DNA from: an uncultured bacterium
GTDB lineage: Bacteria > Patescibacteriota > JAHJAL01
Direction: 5' to 3'
Length of the DNA stretch: 64,000 bases
Assembly (NCBI GenBank): GCA_938004065.1
Contig: CALKWM010000038.1
Span: 66,466 to 130,465 of the forward strand
A program made the position numbers and the translations under genes. Below are positions 31,001 through 44,300 of this stretch, piece after piece. Position 1 is the stretch's first letter, and every line of letters begins with the position of its first letter. Below the pieces are notes generated by a model, which saw nothing but the letters and a program-made list of their open reading frames with translations, ran no database searches and was not told the origin of the DNA.

Positions 31001-32230
31001 TTAACTTTTTTTCTCTATCAACAATGTGTAAGCGAATTGATTATATTCATCATTTTTTATTTCCAAGCCATTACTATTTAACATTTGCCATGTGAATTCA
31101 TTGTTTTGCATCAAGCCATTCAGTGATTGTGTCATGTTGGTTTTATCAAGATCCTGATAAGATAAGGGGAAAATGTAAGCCTTTCCTTTATCTCTCAAGA
31201 CCCGTAATATCTCCGCGAAACTATGATCATATTGTTCTTTATTCATCCGATGAAAAAGATGAGCTGATATGGACCACGAAGCGACAAATCGGTCAAAACT
31301 ACTGTCTTTAAAAGGTAGTTCAGGAAACATGGCCTGCAACACATGCGATTTTTCCGTTCTCTTTTTCATTCGGTGATTATCAATCATCGGTCGGATTAGT
31401 TTATCGATTATTTCTTGTTTTTCTATCTGATCCAGCTTTTTACCAGACTTTTTTTCAAGTAATTGAATCTTATTTTCCAATTTAGGTTTTAATTCCTCTT
31501 CGTAGAAAACTAGATCGGAGAAAAGGTTGGCTCCTCGTTTAGCTAAATACCAAAAATCTTTGAGATCACGTTTTATTACATCTGTTATTTCAGGAACATT
31601 TTCTTCTTCCGGAACGTATGGTTTGTAACTATTGTAAAACTCCGCAATTCCATCCCATGCTCGACTAGCATCTAAAAATTTCTTTTTGTTTTTCAATACT
31701 GAATTCGATTGCATGGCTTCCTGTGATAATTCAATTGCATTTTCTAAATATGGCTGAATCATTTCAATCCATTCAACATAATAATATTCTCCTTCATTTT
31801 GGCAGGGAAAAATCTCTTTTGGATCGAAACCATCGGCTAATTTTTGGTAATATTCTCTAATGTTATCCTCAAAAATTTGCACTTGTTGATCAGCTATATT
31901 ATGAAAACCACCTGGTTCGTAAAAATTTTCCATCTTGTGACCTTCAAAACCAGCTGTTTCGCCAAACTCATAATCAATCGTTGTAAAATTGGGATTATCA
32001 AAATATCTACCCATTACCTGGTAAGGATCGCCAACATACAGAATTTTTCCTTCTTCGGGGAACAACTCCTCAACTTCAATACCCGTTTCTTCTTCCAGTC
32101 TTTCCGGTGTCCTCCCGGTCAACGCTTTTTCTTGTCGGTCATAAATACTTATTATTTCAATAATTTCCCGGGGAACGGACCCCAGAGTATCTTTTTCTGA
32201 TAAATTGTTTTTTGTTTCTAAATTACTCAT
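31001..32230 (-). CDS. Class I SAM-dependent methyltransferase-like protein with a large helical insertion
   Basis: C-terminal ELPFKDSSFDRFVASWS...FAEILRVLRDKGKAYIFP is typical of Methyltransf_11; a motif-I-like KILYVGD lies about 230 aa upstream. Confidence 0.6.
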   Translation of the reverse strand: MSNLETKNNLSEKDTLGSVPREIIEIISIYDRQEKALTGRTPERLEEETGIEVEELFPEEGKILYVGDPYQVMGRYFDNPNFTTIDYEFGETAGFEGHKMENFYEPGGFHNIADQQVQIFEDNIREYYQKLADGFDPKEIFPCQNEGEYYYVEWIEMIQPYLENAIELSQEAMQSNSVLKNKKKFLDASRAWDGIAEFYNSYKPYVPEEENVPEITDVIKRDLKDFWYLAKRGANLFSDLVFYEEELKPKLENKIQLLEKKSGKKLDQIEKQEIIDKLIRPMIDNHRMKKRTEKSHVLQAMFPELPFKDSSFDRFVASWSISAHLFHRMNKEQYDHSFAEILRVLRDKGKAYIFPLSYQDLDKTNMTQSLNGLMQNNEFTWQMLNSNGLEIKNDEYNQFAYTLLIEKKS

Positions 32231-32264
32231 ATTATTTTTAAAATGTATTTATAAATTATTTTCT

Positions 32265-32314
32265 GGATCCTGGATATCGAAGCGGTCAAGTGGACTTTCG
32301 CTTCCAGGATGACA
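32265..32314 (-). repeat. TGTCATCC-headed REP-like palindrome (copy 2)
   Basis: GGATCCTGGATATCGAAGCG-GTCAAGT-GGACTTTCGCTTCCAGGATGACA. Confidence 0.75.
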
Positions 32315-32357
32315 ACACTATTATTTATTATTTATTGTTTATTTTTTGTGCTCTTTC

Positions 32358-32385
32358 TAGTAATTAGTCATTGGTAATTCGTAAT
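32358..32385. repeat. Degenerate heptamer tandem array (4x TnGTnAT)
   Basis: tagtaat tagtcat tggtaat tcgtaat, directly 3' of the stop of the 6053-aa gene. Confidence 0.55.
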
Positions 32386-32389
32386 TATA

Positions 32390-35300
32390 TTAATATCTCG
32401 GAATAACTACGATCGAAACAGTCGAATCATAGTCGCCGGCTGGAACAGTCCAATCGATAACCGTTTTGAAATCAACCGTGGTGGTATCACCTATCAGCGA
32501 GGCAAAACTGTTTTTAAATATCTCATACGCTCCGGTCTCGAAATCATTATAGTTGCCGGAATTGAAATTGGTATTTTTCCAACCAAAACCAACCGTACTG
32601 TCGGACCAACTGTCATTGCCGATATAGAACGGGATATTTTCAGATGGATAATATCGGTTAGTTGGTGGTTTGTCGGCTTTGATAGCCAAACTGTAATCAG
32701 TGCCGTAACCGGTAACGGTAACATTGACACTGTCAGTCATGGACATATCGCCATTGACGGAAAGATTGATTGGGAATAGTGTTTTATCAAAGCTAATACT
32801 GAGAGCATCGACGTTAAATGTGCGTTGGGCAGCGGTGGAAAGATCCAGTTCATTACCTCCCGGCAAGGAACTATCTTTACCCTTTACATATATTGTATGC
32901 TGTCCGGCATCAAGTGCGGTTGTTGAAAAGTCAAATTCTACACTGGTGGTTCCTAAACCACTATTGATATTGGCATTTGACCAGTCGCTATTGTCCACTT
33001 TGTACTGAACTTCGGTTATGCTGGTGGCGCCACCGGTGTCGGTACCGCTACCACGAACAAATACCATATTGTCACCCGATGGGTTGGGGATATTGTAAAT
33101 TGTAAATTCGGGGGAAGTGCTGTCAATGATAAAGTTCGCATCGGATACATCCGTTGCCAGTTCATTGTCAAACGGATCCATACAATTTACCTTGATGGTA
33201 GTATTTGCTGAATTGAGCGAGGCCACCGGATCCCATGTGTAACTGCCGGTATCATCGAGATTGTTGATTATTTCAGTGTAGGAAACTCCGCCATTGGTGC
33301 TGTAGTCCAGCTGGATGTGTTCACAAATACCAAAATCCGTATTCCAACTGATGGTTTGTGCGGAACCACCTTCCCATTCTTCGGTACCGTTTGGTGAGAT
33401 CAAACTGATCGAAGCGGGAACGTCATCATAGAAACCAAATATGCCGGCGTCGTCGGTAGCAACTGCCAGATTGTTTCTGATGATGCTATAAGAAATAGAA
33501 TTTACTCGATTGGAAGTCAAACTACCACCGCTACTATCCTGTCGCCATTCATCCGTTCTTTCGTCAGGTGAACCAAATGTGATTTGAGTCAATGCACCTT
33601 CGGAAGTATATCCTTTGGTACCGACAAATATTATTTCATCGGAAGCGGTTGGGCTGGTGTTCACTTTCTTGACCCCCAATGAAGTAGTATTGTTGGTTTC
33701 TCCGGCCAGGGTAGCATTTTGATTGATCGAGTCATAGCTTTCCGCCAGATAAATGGCATTTAACTCGGCCTCAGTTTTGAGATTGGTCGAGATTTGAAAA
33801 TCAGAGAAAGAACCGGAAGAATTTTGCATATTTTCATCCATTCGTCCTTTAGCTAATGTGATGCCGTCATACCAAACCGTTTCGCCACTATTGGCAGACA
33901 AGGATAGTGTTAAATCACCGTAAGTGTCATTGGCAAATGTAATGTAATGATATTTATATGTGGTACCCGGATCGGTATTGTTGCCGGTAGTGCCGGTCAA
34001 TGATCCGGCCGAGATCTGTACATCCATATCTTGGGTACTGTCGGAAGCGGATCCCTTGGCCCACCAGGACAAAGTCCAGGTGCCGGGAATCAGTCCCTTG
34101 ATGGTTTGTTGCAATTTATTGGTTGTATCCGGACCGGTAATACTGACGGCATCGGTGCCATATTTGGAGTTGGTTTGGGAAGTGTCGTAGGTGATAGTAC
34201 CAGTTTTGGTCCAGTCGGCCGGATCACTGCCGTTGTTCAATTCAAAGCTTGGATTATCAATCATGTTAACCAAAGGATTTGGTGCGCCGGAACCGATCCA
34301 AAATTTTTCACCAATGTTGGACATGGTGATTTCTTCGGCGATACCGGTATCGGTACCATTCTTTTTCTTGTTGGCAGTCACGCCGGAAGTAAAATTATCA
34401 CCGGCCACCAAACTATCATTAACCATAATTCTGATTTTATTGGCACCGCCGGCGGTTAAGTCATTGTTATCCAGATCCCACTGGGCGGTGATCCGATAAG
34501 TTGTGTCTGATGTCCAATCGATAGTTTCATTGGTGTAAACTTCGTACAAATCGCCATCATTGTCGAGGATGCCGAAATGCAGACGGTCATTATCGCCCAA
34601 AGTCGATCCCTCCTCTTTCCAGATACGAAGTCGATTTACCGCGGTTTTAGATTGATTGTATTGTTCGTCCACTCGCGAAGGATCGCCCGCCATAGCGTCA
34701 AACAATACCCGGTGTTCATCATCCACATTGGAGTTCCAGTTGGGTGTGTAATCAAATTCAATCGTTCCTTCGGATACTTTAGAAATAGTATTTATTTTAC
34801 TGCTATTGCCAAGTGAACCATTGTACAATTCAGTGATTTCGTCAGCATTTAATGCCTGATTATATATTCGCAGTTCGTCGATATTTCCTTTCAAGTAGTC
34901 TCGGCTTTCTGCCTTGTTACCGCCAATTTGCAGTTGATTATAAATCTGGCCAATGACCGCGTCATAGATACCGGTTTGGATCAACTGACCATTTAAATAT
35001 AATTTTAAGTTTTCATTGTTGGCGCTCGGTTTTCCCCAGGTGAGAACGAAATGATTCCAGTAGTTATTGGTAAGCGTGTTAGTCGCCACCAGTTTAATAT
35101 CTCCGTTTAGTCCGGCGGTAATCTGTCCCGATTTGGCGCTTAAGAATAATCCGTCTTGATAGTTACCGCTACTTGATTGTAAATTATATATTTCGTGCAA
35201 GGCGTCAGTTGTGTTATCCAGTTTCACCCATGTGCTGATTGTTCCCTGACTACGGTTAATATCATTGGTAACGTCGTATTGGTATATATCGTTGTTTTCA

Positions 35301-38300
35301 ATACGTAGCGATTTGCCATAACGGCCGGCTTCAAAGTCGAGAGTAGTCAGACCGATTCTACTATTTGCGCCATCATGTGCTGAATAGTAGTGTTTAATAT
35401 TATTTTTCTCAAAAATAGGAACAAGCCCGAAAATATGTGCATCATCCCATTGCCCGGCAGTATTTAAATTGAAAACCGGGTTTCCTTCATTACCTATCTG
35501 CCAGTCAATACCATTAACGCTAGTCATTAAGCCAGCTCGGAAAACTCCTGAACCGTCTTGACCATAAAAATACAAATAGTATAAATTGTTTAGTTTGATA
35601 ACTTTGGGTGTTTCAATATCGTTTTGGTAAAAACTTCCGCTGGATCCGATATCGATCATACAACCATTGTCGTTTGCTTCACTAAATCCACAATCAGCTG
35701 TATTGGCGTCATCATACTTTGTCCAATTGACACCGTCCGTTGACATAGCATAGCCAACTCGGAAATTATACGCTGATTGTTCGCCGCTGTACCACATCTT
35801 ATAGACACTACCTTCTTTTGCAACATGAGGATAGGTAACTCCCCAATCATCCCAACTTCCGGCTGATCCAATAGTTATGACCGGGTTACCAGAGTTTTGT
35901 CTGATCCAGTTAACACCATTACTGCTGGTAGCATAACCTATTTCTAATCCTGAACCGTCGTATCCACCGTACCACATTTTATAAATATTATTTTCTTTGA
36001 TAACGGTTGGTTGGTAAACATAAACACTATCAAATCCGGAAGAATTATGTTCAAAAATACAACCATTGCCAGTCGCACCACTGCCGGAACACAGATTGCC
36101 AGAATATTTCTGCCAATTTATTCCGTCATTACTGATGGCATAGCCGATACGATAATCATTTGTGCCAGCAACACCGGTATACCACATTTTATACACATCA
36201 CCGTCTTTTAAAACGAATGGAGCATATACATCCACGTCATCCCAAGATCCACTGGTGCCTACATTCAAGATGACATTATTATTGGTATTTCCCCCGTAAC
36301 TTATCATATTCAAATTTGGTCTTTGTAATTCGGATTCTATTGCGGTAGTGAAAGTTTCTCCCTGATTGCCGGATAATGTTTCATCAAAATTGAGATAGAA
36401 AGTCTCGGTCGCGCCGGACTCGGTGGTAAGATTTGCCGAAGTGCGATAAGCCAAACTGTCTTGATTATTAACAGTTACCGAATTACTAAAATCAGTCAGT
36501 GAAGCATGGCTTTGAATTTCCTCGGGAGTCAGGGCGCGGGTGTAGTAAGCGACTTCATCGATGTAACCGCCGAAAGGCGAATTAAAGACGGACCAGTCGT
36601 TACCCAGATACAGATCGGTCATACTGGCCGGTTGATTGTTGTATGGAGGTAATTGCAAGTTGGTCACTGCAACGGTAAAAGTTGAATCGAGTTGACCGTC
36701 AATGTAGAAATTTACATTGCCACTGTCAAAAGTTGCGGCAACATGATGCCAGCTTTCGGTGCCAATGGCGGAAGATTCACCGGAGGTAACGGCGGATGAA
36801 CCATCGGATACTTTGAGTTGCAGTTTATTATTTTTATTGAAATAGAGGACGAATTCACCGTTATTGCCGCCATCGAATTTTGAGGCTAGGATCGGTTCGC
36901 CGGCATTGTCATTGGAAATCGCTTCATCTTTCCACACCCAGCCGGACCACGAGAAAGCGGAAGTCGGATGCAGGGAAGCGTTATCATTTACCACCAGATA
37001 ACTACGGTTACCATCCAGATAGAGAGCGTTACCAGTTTTCCCGCCGGAGGTACCGGTGTTGGGACCAAATCCACCATGATTGTTTTTGCCTGATCGATCC
37101 GCTATTTGCGCCGGCAGAGTTTGATCAAAATCCCAATAGCCGGCCAGGTCGGGATCGGAGAGGAAATTGTATTTGGCACGGGTCGGGTCATAGTTGTTGA
37201 CTGTATTGAAATAACTGTTGGTGTCAGGATTTTCAGGTGTATAACTTTGATCGAATGGGATGAGAACTCCGGTGCGTTCGTCATGCAGTTTTTGATTGAC
37301 ATAATGCTTGACAGTGCCACTGGTGGGGGTGGAGTGTTCTTGAATTACCGAGACGCCATTGTTGGTGGCAATGTAAAATGTATCGCGGCCGGATTCGGCG
37401 GTGGAAGTATTGGCCACATATATCAAATCATTTACTTCACTGCCGATATAGTTGGGAGTGGTGCTGACTGAATACTGCCGATCATAGGAGTAAGTACTGC
37501 CCTGGAACGGATACAAATTGGGATCGATGGCATCATCAAACACTCTTACCCTCTGATCGGTAGCGTTGTAATACGCCAGATCACCGGCCTCGTTGAGCCA
37601 AACTTTGGTAATATCATCGCCGTCGTTGTTTTTGAAATAGACTTGATAGTTGTTACTGGTATCATAATCCGCCAGTAATACAACACCATCGCCGGTGCCG
37701 GCAACCAGGTAGTTTATACCATTGATGCGACGAGCATAGAGGTCAAATATTTCATTTGACAAAAGCGGTTGCGTGGAACTGGCATGGAATGTCGGTTGTG
37801 TGATCGTGCTTTCGCCGCTCATTGTGGTAATATTGCCGGCGTAAATACCGTCATCATCGGTACCCATGAAAACCAGTCCGTCGAGAGCGGCTACACTATT
37901 GAAACCATCTTCTCGCAAAACAAAAGCATGACGGGTATTGTTGACAATATCGATAATGTCGAGACCGGCATTGGAAACATAGTAGTTGTATGCTCCATCG
38001 GTGTAAACATCACGTCCCTTGCCTGATTGGAGTTGTCCAATCGATGAATTGCCGGAAAAACTACCATCGGTTTTGATAATGCGGGCACCGGCATTGGTGG
38101 CAACCAACGCTTGATAACCGCTAAAGTCAATGTCTGAAACGTCATTGGACGGCAAAGATGGCGTGGTGGCGGTTGTCCAGTAATTGGTACGGACATCGCG
38201 GTCAAGATCGATTTCCGATAAACCATTATCAGTACCAACATATATGGTGTTATTATTTTTATCCAAAGCCAGACATTGCGATTGATCGCTGGTACCACCA

Positions 38301-41300
38301 AGACGATTGAGGTCATCGTCGTTGTCAGAAAGAGCGCCTAGACCAATGTTGTACAATCGCTTGATTTGATTGTCGGTCAATTTGGTTTTGGTCAGGAACG
38401 CGCCTTGGACATTTCCCTGGAACAAGTTGGTACCACCGGAGGAACCACCAATAGTGAGATTGTTTGTCGGATTGTTAATATCCAAATTGGCGGGAGTGGT
38501 GATGTCAGCTTCCGGTTCACCGTCAATGTAGATTTTCAAAATATTGTTTTGAGCATCGTGCACTCCGGCCAGATAATGCCAGGTGTCGGTTAGGTCATAT
38601 TCTTCAGACGCTGTGGTATACAAACCGGATCCCTTGCCAACAGTCGCTTCGTAAATAATTTTGCCGGCATTGGATGTAGTAGAAAGAGCAAAAGAAGTGG
38701 TAGCGGCAGTTAGTCCGGTTTGGCCAAATACCGTTTCCGAGGTAGTGGCACGAGAGGGTTTCACCCAGGCGCCAAAAGATAAATTGTTAGAATCGGTAAA
38801 ATTAAAATCCGAATGATCAGCAACACTGAGATAATTGGCACTGCCATCGAAATATAGAGATTTGCCTCGAACGCCTTGGCTCCAATCACTGTCGGACAAG
38901 GTAGCGCCAAAACCATGAATGCTCATATCATGGCTATGAATACCGCGATCAGAGACAGAGGCGACACCGGTTTGATCTCCGGCAATCCACATACCAACCA
39001 GATTGAGCGGACCATTCATACTTTCGGTAATGTATTTGGCGGTAATTTCTTTGGTAAAACCATTTTGATTATCGTGGCTGGAATCGTCGCTCAATCCACT
39101 GGTCAAGGTATCAATTATACCCAGACCATTGTCGGTAGCGGTAAATATTTTGTTACTGGAAAATTCATCGGCAATTGATTCGGATTCATTGACGAGAATG
39201 TCGTTGATCGGTTCCGTTGGGATTTGGTAAGTGGCGATGGCACTATCTTCATACAATTCGTTATAGTTGGCGATGTTAAAATTTTGTTTGTAAGTAATAA
39301 TGTTGTCGATATTGATCACATTGTTATCAGTGCCATTTGCCATATATATATGTCCATTGGTTGATAATTTTAGTTTATCGATACCATCACCCCCGCTGGT
39401 ACCGTAAATAACGGTGTTATTGTATTCGTCAATTACATTTACTCCCCCATTGGGACCACTAACACCGGCGGTCAGAGTAATGCGTCCGGCCAACAGTTCG
39501 GCATCCAGATCGTTGACGGATAGATCATTGAGGGTAATTTTATCGTCCTGGCCGAATTCATTGGACTGGTTACGGTAGGCAATATTGCCAAAGATAAGGT
39601 CAGAACCGGCTTCACTGCCGAAATATCGGGCGGAATCATCGATATAATCGACTTTCAAAATACCAAAACCGCTGGAATCGGAATTGCCGGCATAGAGCTG
39701 TCCGTTAAGCATATCAACGGATGTAATCAAAGTATTATCCCCACCCAGAAAATCATCGGTATTGGTATTGGTGAAACGCATCCAGAGCGAATTATCGAGC
39801 GTATCGATGATTTCAATCGACTTCTGATCGGGATCGGTGGTGTTGTCGGTGGCAATAATCGCCGCCACTTCGGGGAATGATCGTCTGATACCGCGCATAT
39901 TGGATCTTTCTTCGGTGTACCAGGAAGCAATTTTATATATTTCTCCGGATACGAATTTAGCGCTATATTTAAATGTAATATCGACACCGGTATCAGAGCC
40001 GTCAAAATAGAGATTGGATTTTTCGGCGGATGTTACATAAGTCGATGCCGACCAGCCGATTCCATTACTATTGGAAACTTTGTAAGTGGCCTCGCCGGTC
40101 GGACCACCGGCATCAATCTTGATCGCCAACTGGTCACTATTAGAACTTTGGTCACCACTGATTTCTATTCCGGCTGAACTGCTGGCAATCTCATCACCGC
40201 TAAAACTATAGTCATATTGATGTGCCAAGGCGCCGATCTGACCAGATGTCAGTTCTGAGTTATAAACCCGGACTTCATCGATCCGTCCGGCGAAGGGGAC
40301 ACCGCCGGAGGCACGGGAACCAATGGTGAAGGCCTGAGTATTTACAATTGTCGCTCCACCCAGACTATCACTCGATTTGGTCATTGTTTCCGCCTGACCA
40401 TCAACATACAGCATAGTGCCATCATAAGTACCACTGCCATCATAGGTAGCGACCACATGGTGCCACTGGCCATCATTTACTTTGGTCGAGCCGATCGAGC
40501 TGATGTAAGTGCTATTAATAACGTTACGTATTACTAAATTCAGCTTTCCGGTTGTAGAATTCAATGCCGACAAACTATAACCACGATAGTTACCGGAATT
40601 TTCCATTTTGGAGACGATAATATCGTCGGTGGTTGTATTGCTAGTTTTTATCCAGGCAGATAAAGTAAACGGTTGATTGTATTCAAAACTTAATGGCGAG
40701 ACATTGCCGACCGAGACATAATCATTGCTGTCGTCAAAATTGAGACCAAAATCATTGATACCACTGGACCAGACCGGGCCATTGGTAAGTGTTCCGGTAT
40801 TATTGTTCGTGGAGGCATCTTCGGTAGCCGTACCGGTTCCTTCATTCAAAGGCCAGTAGCCAACCAGATTGTCTGTTACGATATTGTTATTGTTTATTTC
40901 GTTTTGTTCTTCCACCGGCTGGACTTTAGTATATGGATTATCAGATTCATAAATGGTTTTAATTTCCTCTGCCGAAAATGCTTTACCGGCCAAGAGGACA
41001 TCATCGACGGTGCCGTAGAATTTTTCTCCAATTATCAAATCTTCTGAATTGATTGATAATGAGCCGTCATAAGTTTTTTCTTCCCTTAATTCACCATTGA
41101 TGAATATTTTTTGGCTGGTGCCGTCGTAGGTCTGAACGACATGGGACCAACCCTCATCCAGTTTGGAGCTGATAGTTTGCGAACCCAAAGTGGAATAGAA
41201 ATAATCATCGGTGGCGCCGATCGAGTAAGCGGTACCTTTTTTGATAATGTTGGTGGTTTCATCCAAATCAACCTCTTTGGCTTGTTCAGCCGCCAGGCTG

Positions 41301-44300
41301 GCAATAATGTCACTTGCCGGATTAATGTTATTAATTTTATTGACCCGGAAATCGTCAAAGAAAGTGTCGACATCATCACCGGTATTGGCGTAACTGGAAA
41401 GACCGGTAAACTGAGTCGTCATGGTCAAATCATATTCACTGCCGCTGCCGAAACTGGTCCAGTCGGTATGATTGTGTTTTTTGTAATAAAAACGGAATGT
41501 ATTATCATATTTTCTGATTTTCAAATCAAAGTCATTGTCAGTAAAATTAGCGTCATTACTGGTAACACTGCCGGCATCTTCAACTTTGAAATTAACTTTC
41601 TGCCCTGACCAGTATTTGCGCATGCCCTGCACGTGGTTGCTGTCATCTTCGTACACTATCAAACCACCCTGCTGATCATCTTCACCGAGTGAGGCCTGTA
41701 TGCGGACAGTAAGTTCATAATTTTGTCCCGTCATATCAGTATCGGCCAGCAGAACCGGGGCGGAATTGTCCGCCTCCCACATATTGCTATCTTCCAGGGC
41801 CTCGATCCACAGCCAGCCATCTTGTTTACCCCCCTCGCTCCAACTGCCGGCAACTTCCCGGGTCCAACCCCATTGATCGGTGTTCAAAACTCCATCTTCG
41901 AAGTCATCATAGATATCAAAAGTGGCTTGCCCATTAGTTTCACTCACTGCTGTCGGATTGCCATAATACATAGTAAATGAAGAAGTACCATTGTCGGGAA
42001 TTTTTATCCAGACAACAGAAGTACCGCCGACCGCCCAGCGTTCAATCCAATAGTTTAGTTTGTTACCGTTGTCATCAAAGAATCGGATATCGGAACCATC
42101 TTCATTAACATTGGCATAATCGATATCACCGGAATCCATTTCCAGTTTAACTTGATAATTGTCGGCGGGGGTATTTGACGAAAGGGTGACGGTGCGTTTG
42201 TACATCCAGTTGGTTTCGCTTTCCAGGGTGGCCGCACTTTCAGTACCGGAATATTTTTTAACAAACAAATTATCGATTTCGAACGGTTTAGAGTAATTGG
42301 TTATACCGATTTTTAGTGGTGTTTCTGAAGAATAAGTTGAATCATAAGATTTTTCCCAGCTAATGCCGCCATCACTACTCTTCTGATAAATTGCACCGGA
42401 ATTATTTTTCAGGGGCATGCTTACTTTGTAAGTTGTTCCGTTGGTCCAGGTACCCGCCACACTTGGTGTGCGGTTATTGCCATCTTCATAGACATCAACC
42501 GTCTGGGAATTGAGGTCATAATAAGCGTAAATCAAATCACTTTGATCTGTGCCGGTACCGCCGTCGTGCCAGCCAAACATGATGTGGCCGGTACTTGAGG
42601 TTGGTTTATAGTCAAGTCTTAATTCATATTTGTCGCTACGATTGAAGGTGCCAATGCTGGTCAGGCCATTGCTTCCCCAGGCACCCGAACCGCCGGTGGC
42701 GATCAATTTATCATTCTGGGAAAGATAAGACCCATTGTCAAATACCGACCATTTATCGGTGTCTATAGTCGTACCGGTAAAGTCATCAAAAAACGGAAAA
42801 GTAAGTTCTCCATAACTTTCTGATGATACATTGCTATTGCCATAATACATGAAGATTTTTTCTGTGCCGGCGTCGGGTATATTGACCCAGATACTGGACC
42901 GGTTGGACCAGGTAGCGCTATTCCAATATTCTATCCAGTAGTTTAATTTATTGAAATTGGAGTCATAGAAACGGATGTCCTCACCACTTCCTTGGGCGTT
43001 GGAGTAGGGGAATGAGGAATCGAGCTGTACCTGAACCTGATAATTATCGGTGGGAGTGGCCGGTGCTAAACTGATCCCCCGTTTATAATCCCAGCTTTCC
43101 TCTCCGGACAGGTTGGCGTTATTGACCGGCTGATAATTTTTGGCCAATGCAATCTGATCAAAATAGACCGGCAGATCGGCGCTGGTATCGGACCAGCTCG
43201 CCACGCCAGTGCGTTCAGCCGCGAACGATTTGTAACTAACATTAGTCAATTGCGTCCAACTGGTCGAGTTATGGTCCTTAAAAAAGAAATAATATCCACC
43301 CTGTTGTTTCACTATTGCTAAATCAACGACGGTCGGTATGGCATTATTTTCATATGTAATATTCGAATTATTATCGGTTTCATCAATAATAACCATCGCC
43401 GCCGCCGCACCGCTTTCATTATAAGCCGGGCCGAAGAAGAGGTAATTATCGTCGTCTTGATAAATCATCAGGCCCGTTTTCGTTTTGGGATAAGAAGCCG
43501 ATGGTTTAGAGAGATCCGATTCAAACTGGATAGTTGTTGATAACTCATAATCAATTCCCATATAATCCGCCTGGCCGATAATCATCGGCGCACTGGCCGC
43601 GTCGCCGCTCATATTCTTGCCATTTTGCGCTTTCAACTTCATCCAGCCGGATTTATCTACTCCTTCGTTCCAGGAAGTATTATCCACCCGGATTTTTGAC
43701 CATTTGTTTTGATCAAACTGGCCGTCGGTAAAATTATCATACAGGGAAATTGTGTTGTCGCCATCTTCAGTTGTGAAAGACTGACCGTCGCCATATTGCA
43801 TGTAAAAAGCGGCCGTTCCCTGATTTGGGATTCTAACATAAATAGTTGAATTGCCCCCATAGTTCCAGTCGAAAAAGAAATAATCCAGACTGTTGCCCAA
43901 CAGGTCATAAAATCTGATATCGCCGCCATCACTTTGGACTTTAGAGTAATCGAAATTGGCGCCGGTCAATTCTACTTTGGCCTGATAATTGGCTTCCTGG
44001 GTGGGGCTATCAAAAATTAAAGTTTGCTGGTAGAGACTGGCCGGTGAGCCGGTTTGCTGACTGCCCAGAGAAATGACGGAATTACCCTCGCTAAAGGCCC
44101 GTCTTTCATAGTTGGCCAGCACTTCGGCGGCTGTCAAGGCCCGATTGTAAATTTTTGTCTCATCAATACTACCGGTGAAATAATTATTATTGGTATTATA
44201 ATCACGCCGACCAACCGTGAAGGGAATATCGAAACTATTGTGCCCCGAGGTTGAGTCGGTGCCAACCAACTGTCCATCGACGTATAATTTTTTCACTCCC

